This document shows positions 39,921-54,669 of a stretch of DNA of 64,000 nucleotides, piece by piece. Numbering within the stretch: the first letter of the stretch is position 1; each line of letters opens with the position of its first letter. The notes below the pieces were generated by a model, which was not told where the DNA came from, did no database searches, and worked only from the letters and a program-made list of their open reading frames with translations. A program made the translations under genes and the position numbers. The stretch is from Eledone cirrhosa (taxonomy: Eukaryota), in NCBI GenBank assembly GCA_964016885.1, contig OZ024741.1:358112001-358176000 (forward strand), read 5' to 3'.

Positions 39921-40093
39921 ACCCCTACCATAACATTTTGATTAAGATATCTACAAGCCACTCTCTCCTACTTCTCCAACCCCTGCATATCTTTCCTTCT
40001 CTCTCCTTCTTCCCTACTTTTCTCTCTTCCTGTTCCACTCTATCTTCCCCAACAACCCCACTTAAGGGTTTTTACATTGTATATTTACCATTC

Positions 40094-40205
40094 TGCTCTG
40101 AGGAAACAGTGGTCACAGCATTGGATATTCGAGTTCTGCAAATACTTGTGAATTTGCACGTAGCGGAACTAGGCTGCAGCACCACCGTGGAAACACTTGT
40201 AAGCA
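40094..40205 (+). ncRNA. Type-I hammerhead with a greatly extended stem II
   Basis: TGCT-CTGAGGA-A-ACAGTGGT..(CAGC/GCTG, AGTTCTGC/GCGGAACT)..ACCACCGT-G-GAAACA ct TGTA^AGCA. Confidence 0.72.
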
Positions 40206-40397
40206 CACGGAATAAACTACCTTTTTATGATGTCTACCTGTTATTATTCATTCTTTATATACACTCCGGAATACTGAAGGATCAGGAACTAAGTTTCTTG
40301 AACAATTCTTCCATAACTCGTAGAGTAACCTCTTACCGTACGTCAACCATATCCAGTGTAGTAATTAACCATCACTACATCTTGGATAATCCTATAC

Positions 40398-40467
<70 letters not shown>

Positions 40468-41039
40468 TATCTATGTTTATATATAAGGGATACAAATATT
40501 GCTTTCTCAGTCACCAAGCTTCTCAATTCATTCCTTACTACTTATTTTGCTACGAGGTATATTATTTTGCAAGGTACTATTTTTCCCCCGAGTTTGTGAT
40601 TTCAGAGAAAGGTTAGAAATTCTTCATATTTTGCATCTTTTGTATTTTGACTTTGCAGTTTCAATTGTCTATCTACTCAAAATATTACAACAGCTAACAG
40701 TGAAATATAGAATTTAAAAAAAAAAGAAGCTTTTTCGACTGAGATCAAATGTTTTTTTTTATTTCAAAAATATATAATTTGAAATAGCTTGCTTTTGTTT
40801 TGGACTGAAACTTTTTTGTATTTAATTCGTACGAGTATTTTTCAAAGAATCTAAGATAACTTGATTTGGCCCAGCAATCTACTGATATCAAAATCAGTAG
40901 TATATTGAAAAATGGAAAAATAGGGTAGTAGGGCGTTTCGTGATTTTGAGGGGCAAAAGGGGGCTTTTGGCCAAATTGGGTTGAGAACCTTTGATCTAGA
41001 TCAATACACCTCTGCAAGTGTTGATGCCAGCCTTTAAGT

Positions 41040-41400
41040 TTATCTGTGTAAAACTGAGGGTCATGCGATTTAAATCATGTTAAAGCAGTTGTTTTTACAT
41101 CTTCAACTGGAGATAATCTTCAACCTCATCTCTTCCACTTCTAAAGCGACTTATCCATTTGTAGGTTGTTAATTTCTTTGGGGCATTGTCCCCATCAACT
41201 CGCACTAGAGTCAGTGATTTGGATGTTCTTCTAACCTAGCTTCACCATGAATTTAATGTTTTGAAGGAGATCATGCTACTCGAGCGGTGCTGTGTTACAA
41301 CATGCATTTAAGAGTTAACATGTTAGAACATGTTATGACACGTTAGTACGAGAACGTACAGGTGCATTGACATCAAAATACCTGCGTATGATTTTTAGCT
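41040..41400 (-). mobile_element. Mariner (Hsmar2/irritans-like) transposase N-terminal remnant
   Basis: NIKFMVKLG*KN..ITD..GDNAPKK..YKWISRFRSGRDEVED. Mariner-like TIR starts (TACGAGGGT) also occur at ~27900 and ~46585. Confidence 0.75.
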
Positions 41401-41419
41401 ATGTATATATATATATATA

Positions 41420-43540
41420 TATGGTGGATTCTCTCGTCGCAAACAGCAAATGAGGGTTCACCTTTCTTTTTCTTAAAAATAGAAAATCAGTGCGCCTAGA
41501 TTCCAAGAACGCACATATGTTGCTTGATACCCTTAGCTGTCCTGCAGACCTGCTTTGTTCCGTGTAATAAAACTACAGTGGCAAGTAGGGTTGTCATTTT
41601 GAGGAGCAGCACTCTTTGATATTTGCACGTAGTTGATCACAATGTTCAAGTCGGCCCCGCTCAAAACTTTATATAAATGAGAAGCACTGGCACCAGCTCT
41701 TGTGTTTTGATGCTTTATTCTAACACGAAGAGAAGGGGATGGTGCATCATGAGATTAGCTTCAATGCCTGATATGTTGGATTTATTCAGAACCTCACAGT
41801 TTCTAATGTGATCGGTTAGGTTTATGTTGCAGATGGTACGCAAGCATCGCATGTGAAAAACATCAAGCTGATTGATGTGCTTTGGTACAGAGTAGCGATG
41901 TCAGTACTACCGACCTGTACACATACATTTTCACCTTTTATGAAACATCGATCATGTTCCAAAGCCTGTGGTAAAGCCTACCGAAGGCGGAGTTAGCACT
42001 CTATTTCTTTGTCCATCTTTCCACAATAGGATGCAATGGAGCCAAGGTAGGTGAAGGAGGAAACCGTTTTCAAGGCCTTTTTATCGACATAAACAGTAAG
42101 AATAACAGTGGGATGATGAACTTGGGAAGGCTGACGGACAAGCTCAGTTTGTTTAATATTGATGGGCAAACCAAAAGCTTTAGAATCGTGAGAGAAGTCG
42201 TCGGCATTTCCTCAAGGAAGTGGGCCAAAAGTGCACAGTTATCTGCAAAGAACAGGCCACAAGCAGTTTGCACTATGGTCATCGTTCCTGCTTTGAAGAG
42301 TTGTTGGTTTAAAAAGCCACCACTTGTTCTATATTCAAACCTCACTCCCTCTTTGACAATCTCAAAAGCTGTTTCCAGCATGGCCGAGAAATACAAAACA
42401 AATAGGAGTGGTTCAAGAATGCACCCTTGTTTTGAAACAGTGAATGGGTCGGACACTTCTCCACTGGTTCTAACTGAAGCCATCATCCCCATTGAAAGAG
42501 ATGATATTAATCATGCTTTATGGAACACCTAACTTCATAAGGACAACCCAGAGAGCATCCTTGGTATCAAAAGCCTTTGTGTTCAATTAAAAGGACAAAG
42601 AGATCCTTATCATGCTCTCGGGCTTTTACCTGCGGTTTCCTCAGACTGAAAATCATGTCCACAGTGCCTTTATAAGACAGAAAACCACACTGGCCAGAGT
42701 ATTGATAAGTCTGTTCAAGATGATTCGGCAACACACAGAAGAGAAATACCTCCATCGTTGTCGCATTCGCATCTACTGCATTTTTGCTTGTAAAGATGGA
42801 CAATAGATGCGTCCTCAAACTCCCGTGGAACTGATCCTGATTTCCAGATTAAGGAGAAGAGATCACAAAGTTTGCAAATCAAGAGATTGCTACCACATTT
42901 ATATATCTCTGCAAGTATTCCATAATTTCCGAACGACTTGCCATTGGTAAGTTGTTTTATGGCCTTCTTTTTATCTCAGCACTAGTTGGAGTGGCTGATA
43001 GTCCTGCAAGGACAGGCCTCCGTGGTAGATTGTTGATAAGGTTCACATCAACATTTGGTTCCGTATTGGGAACTTTAGAGAAATATTTTGTTCAATGCTT
43101 AGTGATCTCTTGTTTATCTGTCAAAAGGTTACCCTCGGATGAAAAGATGGGACTGCAGCCATTTGACACGGGTTCAAATACTCCTTTTAAGTTCTGATAG
43201 AAAGATTTAAAGTCACATCTCTCGGCAGCATTCTGCAATTGCTGTGCTTTCATTCGCCACCCTGTCTGTTTCATTTGCCATAGCTGAGATTGACATCTAT
43301 TTCTGGCCTTCTTGAATTTATTGCACTTGGCGGCATTATTCCTGTTTGACATCCACTGGCAGTGGCACTTGTGCATGTTATCCAAAATTAGGAGAAATAT
43401 TTGGATCATTTGAATCAAACCAGTCTTGATGTTTTCTCTTTACATAGCCAAACGTTCCTGGGATGATTCATAGACAGCACTTTTGAAAGCAGACCATGCT
43501 GATTCAATACCTGTGCTATTAGGAATAACAGCAAGCTTAA
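41420..43540 (-). mobile_element. Degraded RTE (BovB-like) LINE
   Basis: QCGF...GTVDMIFSLR, KQGCILEPLLF, FEYRTSG, LFFADNCALLAH. Confidence 0.85.
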
Positions 43541-43544
43541 TGTC

Positions 43545-44690
43545 CACATTGGCACATTCGGATAATCCAGTCTATACCTGTCAGACAGTACAAAACGTCT
43601 GAGCAGGTTGTTGAGGCTTTTACACCCTCCTGCCCTGTCTACTAGCCCCACATAATCCCAGCGTGCATCTAAGATACCGTTCCAGTCGCCCACTAACACT
43701 AAAAAGCGGGACGTTCCAAGAAAGGCCTCTAGACGTCTGAAGAAATCTGGCCGTCCTGCTTCTGCTGGGGCGTAGACGGCTACTAGCCTGAAAGCATTGC
43801 TTTCGCCGCCGGTCACGCCCAGCACCACCGACTTACCTTCTGGGTCCAGGAAGATGGCTCGTATGGCGAGATCCAAGCCTCTCCGAAAAAGCACGGCAAC
43901 TCCACCTCCGATCCTGGATGGCTGGGAGATGCGTATACATCGTAGCCGCCGAAGATCGGTGCGAAGGCTCGTGCTTCGGAGATTCTGGTCTCGCTGATGG
44001 CCACCACATCTATGTTTAGTGACCTGAGGTCGTTGAGCAGGTGACCCTGCTTCCAAGATGACCCCAAGCCACGTACATTTATACTGCCTATTCTAAGTAC
44101 GGCCATGTTGGATGAGAAACGGGGTAAGTGAGAAAGGATCACTTACCTTGATCGTGTGGTGAAGGGACAGTAGAACCGTCCCTTTGGCTGGTCATGGGTG
44201 TTTCCAAGAGGATGTCGGTATATATCCTCTTGGTAACCGACCCTCTGAAGTCTCCAACTGCGTTGGAGAATTTTTGTTTTAAAAGTTTGTAATGTTCTAT
44301 TTTGATTTCAATGATGTTTATGTTTGTCAGGAGAGTTCTTGGTGTTGGTGGGGTGTAGTAGTTTTTTTCTGTGATGTCTGTGTGCTGCTTTATATGTTGT
44401 AAGAGTTCTTTATTTGCCATGTTTATAGCTGTGTACTTTTTTGGGGGAGGGGTGATTTTGTTGCTATTTTCTTGTTGTTGCTGTTGGGTGTGTGTGTTTT
44501 GTTGCGTTTGCGATGTTGGTGTTTTTGGTGATGCTGGTGGTGGTGTGGTTTTTGTTGGTGGTGATCGTGATGGTGGTGGTTTTGCTGCAAGTCTCCTTGC
44601 AGCCTTTACCCCTCTTTGTCTGCCCTCGCTTTTGGAGGGTGAAGCTAAGGGTTTTTTAACAGGCAAATAAAGCGATTTACTAGGAGCAAG
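43545..44690 (-). mobile_element. Tx1-type LINE fragment (ORF1 end plus APE endonuclease), relative of the 30039-35725 element
   Basis: MAVLRIGSINVRGLGSSWKQ..SETR..LVAVYAP..VGDWN..DRYRLDYP. Confidence 0.88.
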
Positions 44691-44711
44691 CAAAAGACGT
44701 CCGATTAGACC

Positions 44712-45440
44712 AATAATAATAATAATAATAATGGCTTCATTTATTGGCCACAAGGGCTGACATATAGGGGACAATACAAAAGACTGGAACAGTGGGGGTT
44801 TACATATACAAAGTGTAAACAAATAATACATACAGGGTACAATATAATAGACGGGGACGATGGGGTTTTTACATAAAAATCGAGTAAAAAATAGGAAAAC
44901 AATAACAATAAACAGGAAAAATGCCACAATGAAAATTTCTCAGTAGGGGGGATAAATACCCAGCATTGATTCAGGTATTGCACCAATCCTGAATCACCCG
45001 ACGCTTTGAGGGCACGCGGAAGGGCACCCCTCTCTTCTTAAAATTCACCAGCCGACAGGCGCATGATCAGAGTAGGCCCACTCAGTCACCCAGTCTCGGT
45101 CTCTTCTTGACCCAGGACTGCAGCTCAGTCAAAGAGATGAGCTGCGGAAAGGCCCGTCTGACAAACGGCGACCACACCTGTTCACCGTTTAGGCAGAATA
45201 TCTGGAGGTGCCGCAGCCTCAGCGCATGTCTGCGCACCATTAGCCATGGCATGCCCAGCCCTCCACGTAGAGGGTGCTGACAGCAGATGGACCGCCTCAC
45301 CAACGGAACCTGTCCCCTCCACAAGAATTTGAAGAGGAGCCGTTCCAACTTGGCGAGGCGCGGACGGGGTCAAGGACGACGGTCAGGCAGTGGTAGATGA
45401 CGGACGCAATGTACGCGTTCGCCCCCTCACCCGACCTTTC
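44712..45440 (-). mobile_element. Tx1-type LINE 3' end, internally deleted, with (ATT)n tail
   Basis: MERLLFKFLW..VRRSICCQHPLRGGLGMPWL matches the ORF2 segment near 31030-31130; 3' UTR resembles 30045-30180. Confidence 0.85.
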
Positions 45441-46084
45441 AGCTACATTTCTGGCTACCCGTACCCACACTAATTAACAATAGAGCCGAAATAGTAATAA
45501 CTGTTCGTATAAACTTCCTTATTCCTTCTATAACAAAGTCTATGATTCCATATAGCTAAATTAAATTTTTGGATCTAAAATTCCCCCTCAACCCTAAAGT
45601 ATATCCCCTGTTAGCTATTTACTATAAATTAGTCAAAATCTTTTTTTCTTTCTTTCCGATTTTAATATGTAATGTCTCATTTATAAGACTATTTTTTACC
45701 ACATAACCAAGCAATTATATGCAATCAGATAGCGAAATTTTAGACTGTATGCCTTGGTCACCAATACACTACCTAACATGTACTCTATTAATATCACATA
45801 ATTTTGGGAGGCCATATCTTAATTTATTTGCTTAGTTACAGTTTTGGCTATTTAATTTCATATGTGCTTTCAAATTCTCACTTCTTCATTCTCTCATATT
45901 TAATAGTAGTGAAGGCAATAACTCACGACGACCACAGATTGACAAACAGACAAACAAAGATACAAAAAATGAATATAGGTCCAAGTGTGAGGAAAACATT
46001 CCTGAATCTAAAGAACTCACATGCCAAGTTTGAACATTGGCCTTTAAGTGTATTGGAGACTAAGAGACAAAGAGACAAACGAGC

Positions 46085-46154
<70 letters not shown>

Positions 46155-46157
<3 letters not shown>

Positions 46158-46347
46158 ACAAAGGAGGTGTGGTAAGGAACCAGATGGACCATAACACACC
46201 AGAGTACTCAATACTTAGGGTAGTAGAGTGGGTAATAAGAAAAAGTTTAACCCCGATGGCAGAGCTCAAGCCGTTTCGACGGCTATTTCTGGACTCAGAA
46301 ATAGCCGTCGAAACGGCTTGAGCTCTGCCGTCGGGGTCAAACTTTTT

Positions 46348-46352
<5 letters not shown>
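46155..46352 (-). mobile_element. Mini-element of the same family as 29131-29308, with palindrome 46239-46348
   Basis: GACGGCTATTTCTG gact CAGAAATAGCCGTC centre; (TA)n on both sides. Confidence 0.82.
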
Positions 46353-46395
<43 letters not shown>

Positions 46396-46822
46396 CATAC
46401 AGACAGACACTGTAAATGTGGTTGGCGTTACGAAGGGCATCCATCTGTAGAATAGAAACCAAAATCTGTTCTGTATGAGCAAGACATGGTCATCGGACCT
46501 GGCTTGTCTCACAACGAACCAACTCGTCTAATCCATGCTAACGTGGAAAAATGGATGTTAAACGGTGGAAAAAAAATATATATATACGAGGGTAGACTGA
46601 AAATTTCATAGGCTGACTATGAAGTAGTGATGCTAGAGTTGTAAATTCTTGCATGCATTAATTTCAGTAAGGAAAACCAATTCCTAAGTCTAAGGAACTC
46701 ACATGCATGATTGGTCCACTGATTTCTAAATGTATTAGAGACAAACAGACAAACAAACGAGCTATTATATTATATTATATTATATTATATTATATTATAT
46801 TATATTATATATTATATTATAT

Positions 46823-47357
46823 ACAGGCAGTGGTACCCGGCGTTGCACGGGATAAGGCATTTTGGAACGGGGCCGCCAACAGACCTAATTGTGGAAAAAC
46901 TGCATGCCTGGACAATATGTAAAGAAAATAAACCGAATACTCTGATGGCTGGATAATCATTAAGATTTTCCTCGATGAAGCAGGAAAAATGCAGGGGATC
47001 AAGAAAATGAATTTTTTTTATGTGCATAATATGCCTTGAAATTTCGGGAAAATCGGCTATGAAAAAGTTGGATTTTCTTTACTCACGGTATGAAGAAGAG
47101 ACTGACTAATACATAGTTACAATTTCAAGGAGACGTAACGCCTCAAAAAACCCCCTAAAAAGCTGAATAAACGCAGTTTTTCACCTAATGCGGGCTCTAG
47201 GGGATCAAAAAGTTGAATTTTTTATGTGCATAACACTCCCTGAAACATACGTAATACACATGTAAAGTTTGAAAAAAATCGGTTGGGTACTTCTCGAGTT
47301 TTAGGGATTCAAACTCGCACACACACACACACACGCACACACAGACAGACATCCTCA

Positions 47358-47370
<13 letters not shown>
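46823..47370 (-). mobile_element. Short non-autonomous Helitron
   Basis: 5' region matches 18263-18380; 3' hairpin CCCGTGCAACGCCGGG near 46836-46851. Confidence 0.7.
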
Positions 47371-47440
<70 letters not shown>

Positions 47441-47672
47441 AAAATGATAATAATAAAAAGGGGCTCGAAAAGCGCACCTGGTATATACATATATAAAAAG
47501 GATCTTAATTACAAGTATAAAATTTGGTGTTAGGAAAACCTGGTTTTCCCGTTTTGGATCTTCAAACCATTTGTTAATAGGTTAAACTGTTTTTTCATTA
47601 AAACTCCTGCATGCTGATTTTCGACTCCCTTAATTAACGTGAACTGTATAGAGCATTTTCTAACATTTCTTT

Positions 47673-47720
<48 letters not shown>

Positions 47721-47838
47721 AGAGTTCTATTTAAATTGTTGGGATACAACAAGCGGATACTATCCGGGAGCTTCCAACAGTAATGGTTGCATTCTTTAAG
47801 GGTATGTCAATATTTATTTATAAAACTGATCTATATTA

Positions 47839-47903
47839 TATTTTATCTGATGAAAGCACACCATAATTTAACTTGGTGTCCTTGAAATATGTATAATGAA
47901 ATA
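47839..47903 (+). ncRNA. Canonical-core type-I hammerhead in a ~225-bp insert between two (TA)n arrays
   Basis: TATTTTAT-CTGATGA-AAG c ACACCA..TGGTGT c CTT-GAAATA tg TATA^ATGAAATA; 8-bp stem I. Confidence 0.78.
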
Positions 47904-47942
47904 AATATGGTTTTATAAATATAGTTTCCATTTGTTAATATC

Positions 47943-48084
<142 letters not shown>

Positions 48085-48728
48085 ATTTATTCATGGTATT
48101 CAATCGTTCAATCAACAGAGGACTCGACTCGTGGATTAACATGTAAATGGTTGAGTATTCCATAGACACGTGTTCTCTTAACCTAATTGTCAGGCAGAAT
48201 CAGTGTGATACAATATGTGACAAAGTTGAACCTTCGAATTGCAGGTATAATGAACCAGACAAGTTTCTACACAGTTTCCATCTAACCAAGTTCACTCGAT
48301 GCTACTTCAAAAACACTTGCTCGAGATGCTGTGAGTGGGATTGAACTCGGTACCTCATGATTGCAAAGTGAACTCCTTAACCACTCTGCCATCTCTACAC
48401 TGGAATCATGGGAATTAAGTGTGCTGGCTATGGAAACAGCATTAGTCGGGCATGATATGTAGTAGGCCAGTTATTCTTCTGTATCTTCATTATTTGATCA
48501 GTGAAAATCAAACACTTCACCTAATAGCTATAGTTTCTATAGTTACTGCAGCACGTTTTACCAAATCAGTGTCAGGAATAAGAACAACACATTAAACCAA
48601 CATGTATAAAGAAATATCACACGACGACTTAATGGAACAAATATTTGCATAGTTTTGGATAGTGCATATTGGTTTTCTGTTTTCTAATGTAATATCCTAA
48701 AGCTATCTTTACGACTATTTGATTGCGA

Positions 48729-48914
48729 CGGTGAATTGGCAGTATCGGTAGAGGGTTTGACGTCATGCTTTCTAGCATAGTTACGTCCCTTTATGGTCTG
48801 AGTTCAAATCCTGTCGAGGTTAACTTTGCCTTTCATCCTTATGGGGTCGATAAAATAAAGTACCAGTAATGTACTGGGTAATTGCTGGCCTTGTGCCAAA
48901 AGTAGAATCAATTA
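48729..48914 (+). mobile_element. SINE family A
   Basis: Full head and core. Confidence 0.88.
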
Positions 48915-49439
48915 TCTATGAAATATTTTAAGTTTGAACCTATAGAGATCAACCTGGATACAGCGAAGTGAATCCACATATAATGCAACTTAAAAAATAC
49001 TGTTTCGAATATACGTTGTCGAAAAGTACTTTTTAAAAATAAAAATAAAGTTGTAAAAATTTCAGCGTTCTGTTCCACATGAAACAGTATCATCTAATGT
49101 AAGGGAGGTAACTATCATCTCTTTGCTCCAAAGAACGTGACATACCCACGCACTTTCATAAAAGAGTGATGAGTATACGCGTTTTTTTTTAATAACGCAA
49201 GTAGGATGGAGGGCACCAATTGGCCATGTAAGATGTGCACCCACTGTAATACATTTACTTCGGTACATTATTGTCTCCGCTACCACACAGGAGATACTAA
49301 TTATTTCTCTAATTTAAGACCCACAGTTTATCCGAATAAATTTTCTAAAGAATAAAATGAGTTACATTGTTTTCAAAATAATATATTTATGCAGAATTAG
49401 GATGCCTAGCTTGGAGATCAGGGAGTAGCTCCAGATAGA

Positions 49440-49713
49440 GCCGCTACTTTTCTTAATCGTAAGATCACAGCTTAGGTACTACGGACATGTGGTTAGAATG
49501 TCTAACGAATGAATCACTAGACAGATTTTAAGGACAAAGCCAACGGACAGGAGACCCAGAGGTAGGACACAAGCAAGATGGTTGGATAACATTCATGAAC
49601 TCGGTTGGTCTCGCTTGGGGATCCAGCCGGATCATTTAGAGACGTTTGCTTCTGATAGGATCCTCTGGAATGCGTGTCTGAGGACCCTCCCATGTGAGAG
49701 AAGAAGAAGAAGA
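49440..49713 (+). mobile_element. RTE 3' fragment (family of 3580-6012) with (GAA)n tail
   Basis: Alignable by eye to 5140-5400. Confidence 0.8.
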
Positions 49714-49731
49714 ATTATAGTTTCTGTAAAA

Positions 49732-50073
49732 TAATTGTTTCTACTTTTGGCAAAAGGCCAGCAATTATCCCAGTGCATTACTGGTGTTTTATTTTATCGA
49801 CCCCGTAAGCATGAAAGGCAAAGTTAACCTCGATGGGATTTGAACTCAGACTGTAAAGGGCCGTAACTCTATTTTGCAAAGCATGGGGTCCAACTCTCTA
49901 CCGTTACTGCTAATCCATCGCCCTTCTTGTAAAATAATTGTTTCTACTTTTGGCACAAGGCCAGCAATTACCCCAGTACATTACTGGTACTTTATTTTAT
50001 CGATCCCGTAAGGATGAAAGGCAAAGTTAACCTCGGCGGGATTTGAACTCAGATCGTAAAGGGACGTAACTCT
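49732..50073 (-). mobile_element. Two tandem SINE family A copies (49732-49924 and 49933-50073)
   Basis: Repeated SINE core. Confidence 0.88.
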
Positions 50074-50794
50074 TTGAGTCAAAGTAAAATAATGGCCACC
50101 AATTCAATGCTTTATTTCCCAGGCAGTAGTAGCTAATACAATAACTCAGAATACTCACGGCATATGCCTTTTCAATTTCAAACCAGTTTGGATTTCGGTT
50201 GTCTCCCTTGTGTCGCTTGACAAGAATTATCCTTAATCATAATGAGTTTTCTCTTCATTACGAATGTAATTTTAAAAGGTAAAACATTTTATTTTGCTCA
50301 CTACATTAAATATACTAGCAGAAAAACCACCCCTCGGGTGGTTTTCTGCTAGCATGTGTAGTAGGTGTATTGATATTATACGCAAGTATACATACATGTA
50401 GATGTGATACATCAAATAAAATCGTAATTGACAATATACACAGAAATTGAACGAAGACTGTGTTACACTGCCTTATGTAATCAGTGACGTAATCCATGAT
50501 ACATTAAAAAAAGACGATATCTAATATATATTTGTGAAATGGGCGGTGGTTGAAATTCAGATGTGCACGGTTAAATGGTAGTAGACGTGGGTCGGACGGA
50601 CATGGAAATTTACACACCTATGTAAAAAGTGCCAAGGAAGCAAATAGACGAGGTTTCAAATCTCTAACTTGAAAAATGTGGTTCCTGGGGCCCCAAAACT
50701 ATCGCGTTCGGTGAGTTATTTCCCCCTGTTCTAATACTAACTCATCAATTTATTTCGCTGCGTTCTTTTGCAGCTTTCTTTCGCTGTTAACATA

Positions 50795-51550
50795 CAGTAC
50801 CATTTTACGAAATGCCAATCCGAAAACGGTCACTGTTTGCCATCAAAAGAAATAAAACCCTTAAAATGCGAAGGGAGTCATGTTCTCAAGTACGTTTTTT
50901 CAGATATCATTTTCATTTTATTTCTAATACATGTTAGCCACCACTAACAGTAAGTAGTATTTTTCGATTCATTGTCTTATTTAAAATAACATATCAAAGA
51001 CAACGTTATTTCGCTGTTATTAAACTTTTTGCTACTACAGTACGTTTCATTTTCATTTTTAAAATACAATTGCTCTATATTACTGTTTTATGAAATCAAT
51101 TCTGCAGTAGAATTTTACGAAAAAGGTAACTGTTTTCTAACAAAAGAAATAAAACCCTTACATTGCGAACCCCGTTCTAATACTGGGGTTAGTTATTTCC
51201 CCCTCTTCTAATAAATATATAATATATAGAGGCCCCTCTTGCTGACCAGGGCAATCAAAGTGTAAACTATCATACAGTACCGTTTTATGAAATCAATTCT
51301 GCAGTACCATATTACGAAATGCCAAACCGAAAACAGTCACTCTTTTCCATCAAAAGAAATAAAACCCTTAAATTGCGAAGAAGGGAGTCATGTTCTCAAG
51401 TACGTTTTTTCAGATATCATTTTCATTTTATTTCTAATACATGTTAACCACCACTAACAGTAAGTAGTATTTTTCAAATTATTGTCTTATTTAAAATAAC
51501 ATATCAAGGACAACGTTATTTCGCTGTTAATAAACTTTTGGCTACTACAA
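50795..51550. repeat. Imperfect tandem duplication (~50795-51060 vs ~51303-51550)
   Basis: AAGGGAGTCATGTTCTCAAGTACG...CAACGTTATTTCGCTGTTA occurs twice. Confidence 0.8.
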
Positions 51551-52046
51551 GCTTCCATGGTTACGGAGAAAATCGATGGAACAGGAATTTCCCATTCAAA
51601 TTGAACTGAGAGTAATCTGTGAACGCAAAGTAAATATTTTGAGAAACGTTGCAACCGAACGTGTATTTGGTGTATACATTCGTATGCGTGCGGATACAGA
51701 CGTTGCGTGGATTCTGTATGTGCGTGCGTTTTTTTTGTTTTTTTTTGGTGTACGTGCGTGTATTTGTATACCTATGGCGAGTGTTTTCGCGTATGCTTGT
51801 GTATGTACGTATATGGATACGTGTATGTATTTATTTAATTTCATTTACCTCTGTATTTTATTTACTTTATTCTTAACTCTGAAGCCGAGAATCATTCGGT
51901 TTCCTAGTTAGAATTTTAGTCTACGACTTCAGTTATACCATTTACGTGGTTTTGTCTTTGCGTGCAATTGTTCTCTCCGCTCCACATATGACGTTTTATC
52001 TTCGTTTTTTTCGTTCATTGCCAGAGAACGTCTCTATGAACCACGT

Positions 52047-53446
<1,400 letters not shown>

Positions 53447-53618
53447 TAAAATAACAGAATGATTTCCAGCCCGGGAGTTTAAGAATGATGTAAATAAAAT
53501 TGAAAACAAAAATTACAGAAGTTATTAAAATAGTAAAAGTAAATAGTGAAGATTTAGGCCAGTAAATACGTATGCCCCGACGGACATACACATACATATG
53601 CACACACAAATACACACA

Positions 53619-53649
<31 letters not shown>

Positions 53650-53759
53650 GCGCGTATGTATAAACCTTATGCATTTCTACAGTATTTTCACTAAACTTAA
53701 GACAGGTTACTTATGTACTCTGGATGGTCATGGGCACTGTCATTTTTCCAGATATTGAT

Positions 53760-54098
53760 TATAGAGCCCCCCGGCAGTTAACCCCTTTAACCACTTTAAC
53801 CACTTCCTTGGAATCGACTGAAGCACTGCAGGGCAATGTAACAAAACGTCATAACTTCTGGAGTTCGCAACCGATTTTCACAAATCTTGACACATGGGCT
53901 ACGTTTGTCCTACAGATGAATGTGAACTCTCAGAATTGGCACATATTGGGTAGAGGACCCCTGGGGGCAGGAACCCCCTTTTGGAAATAACCGATGATTT
54001 TGTAAAAGTATACTTTTCGAAGCAGCACTGAAGTATTGACATAAATGGTATACACAACTGCTATTTAATATCCGAACAACGCCGGGTACCTCTGGTAG
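53760..54098 (+). mobile_element. Helitron-like remnant
   Basis: 3' end CCGAACAACGCCGGGTACCTCTGGTAG|T resembles the other Helitron ends in the window. Confidence 0.5.
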
Positions 54099-54449
54099 TT
54101 ACATATAAACTGCATTAGGAGAAAATTAGTGACAGAAAATTAATGTTTATTTAAGCGATCGCCACCGGAAGTGTTCATATTTGAACATTTTAAAGAAGTG
54201 AATCTTTAAATAAATAATAAAATATATTTAATGAACAGCCACGAAATTTAGTAGATAAATTATATAATATTCATTCATTATTTCTTCAAAGTAATCCAAC
54301 TTATTTTACTAATGGGATACAAAATTATAAACCGTACGCAGTGCCGCGTTTCTCCATTTATTATAGTTTAGATTAATCACCGCTTGCTTAAATGTTCATA
54401 AAAAAGGCATCCTTGATGTATTTTCCAATATTATTTTAGGTTCCTTAAA

Positions 54450-54669
54450 GGGCGGTTGATTGGCAGTATCGGTAGAGAGTCGGACACCATGCTTTGCAGC
54501 ATAGATTTATGGCCCATTATGATCTGAGTTCAAATACCCCGAGGTTAACTTTGCCTTTCATCCTTACGGGGTCGATAAAATAAAGCACCAGTAATACACT
54601 GAGGTCGATTTAATCGACTTTCATCTCCCCCCAAATTGCTGGTCTTGTGCCTATACTAGAAATAATTAT
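54450..54669 (+). mobile_element. SINE family A with long TSD
   Basis: ATTATTTTAGGTTCCTTAA on both sides. Confidence 0.88.

Larger units (their letters stand above)
36214..40262 (+). mobile_element. Penelope-like element (WFNPP/WYNP type) with an inverted 5' pseudo-LTR piece, interrupted by an LTR element
   Basis: 36214-36354 is the reverse complement of 40120-40260. RT VNFLDVTLNL..SNHP from 36361; GIY-YIG ORF 37115-37510 (NIVYQC..YYIGST..CRLC..CNH). Confidence 0.9.
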
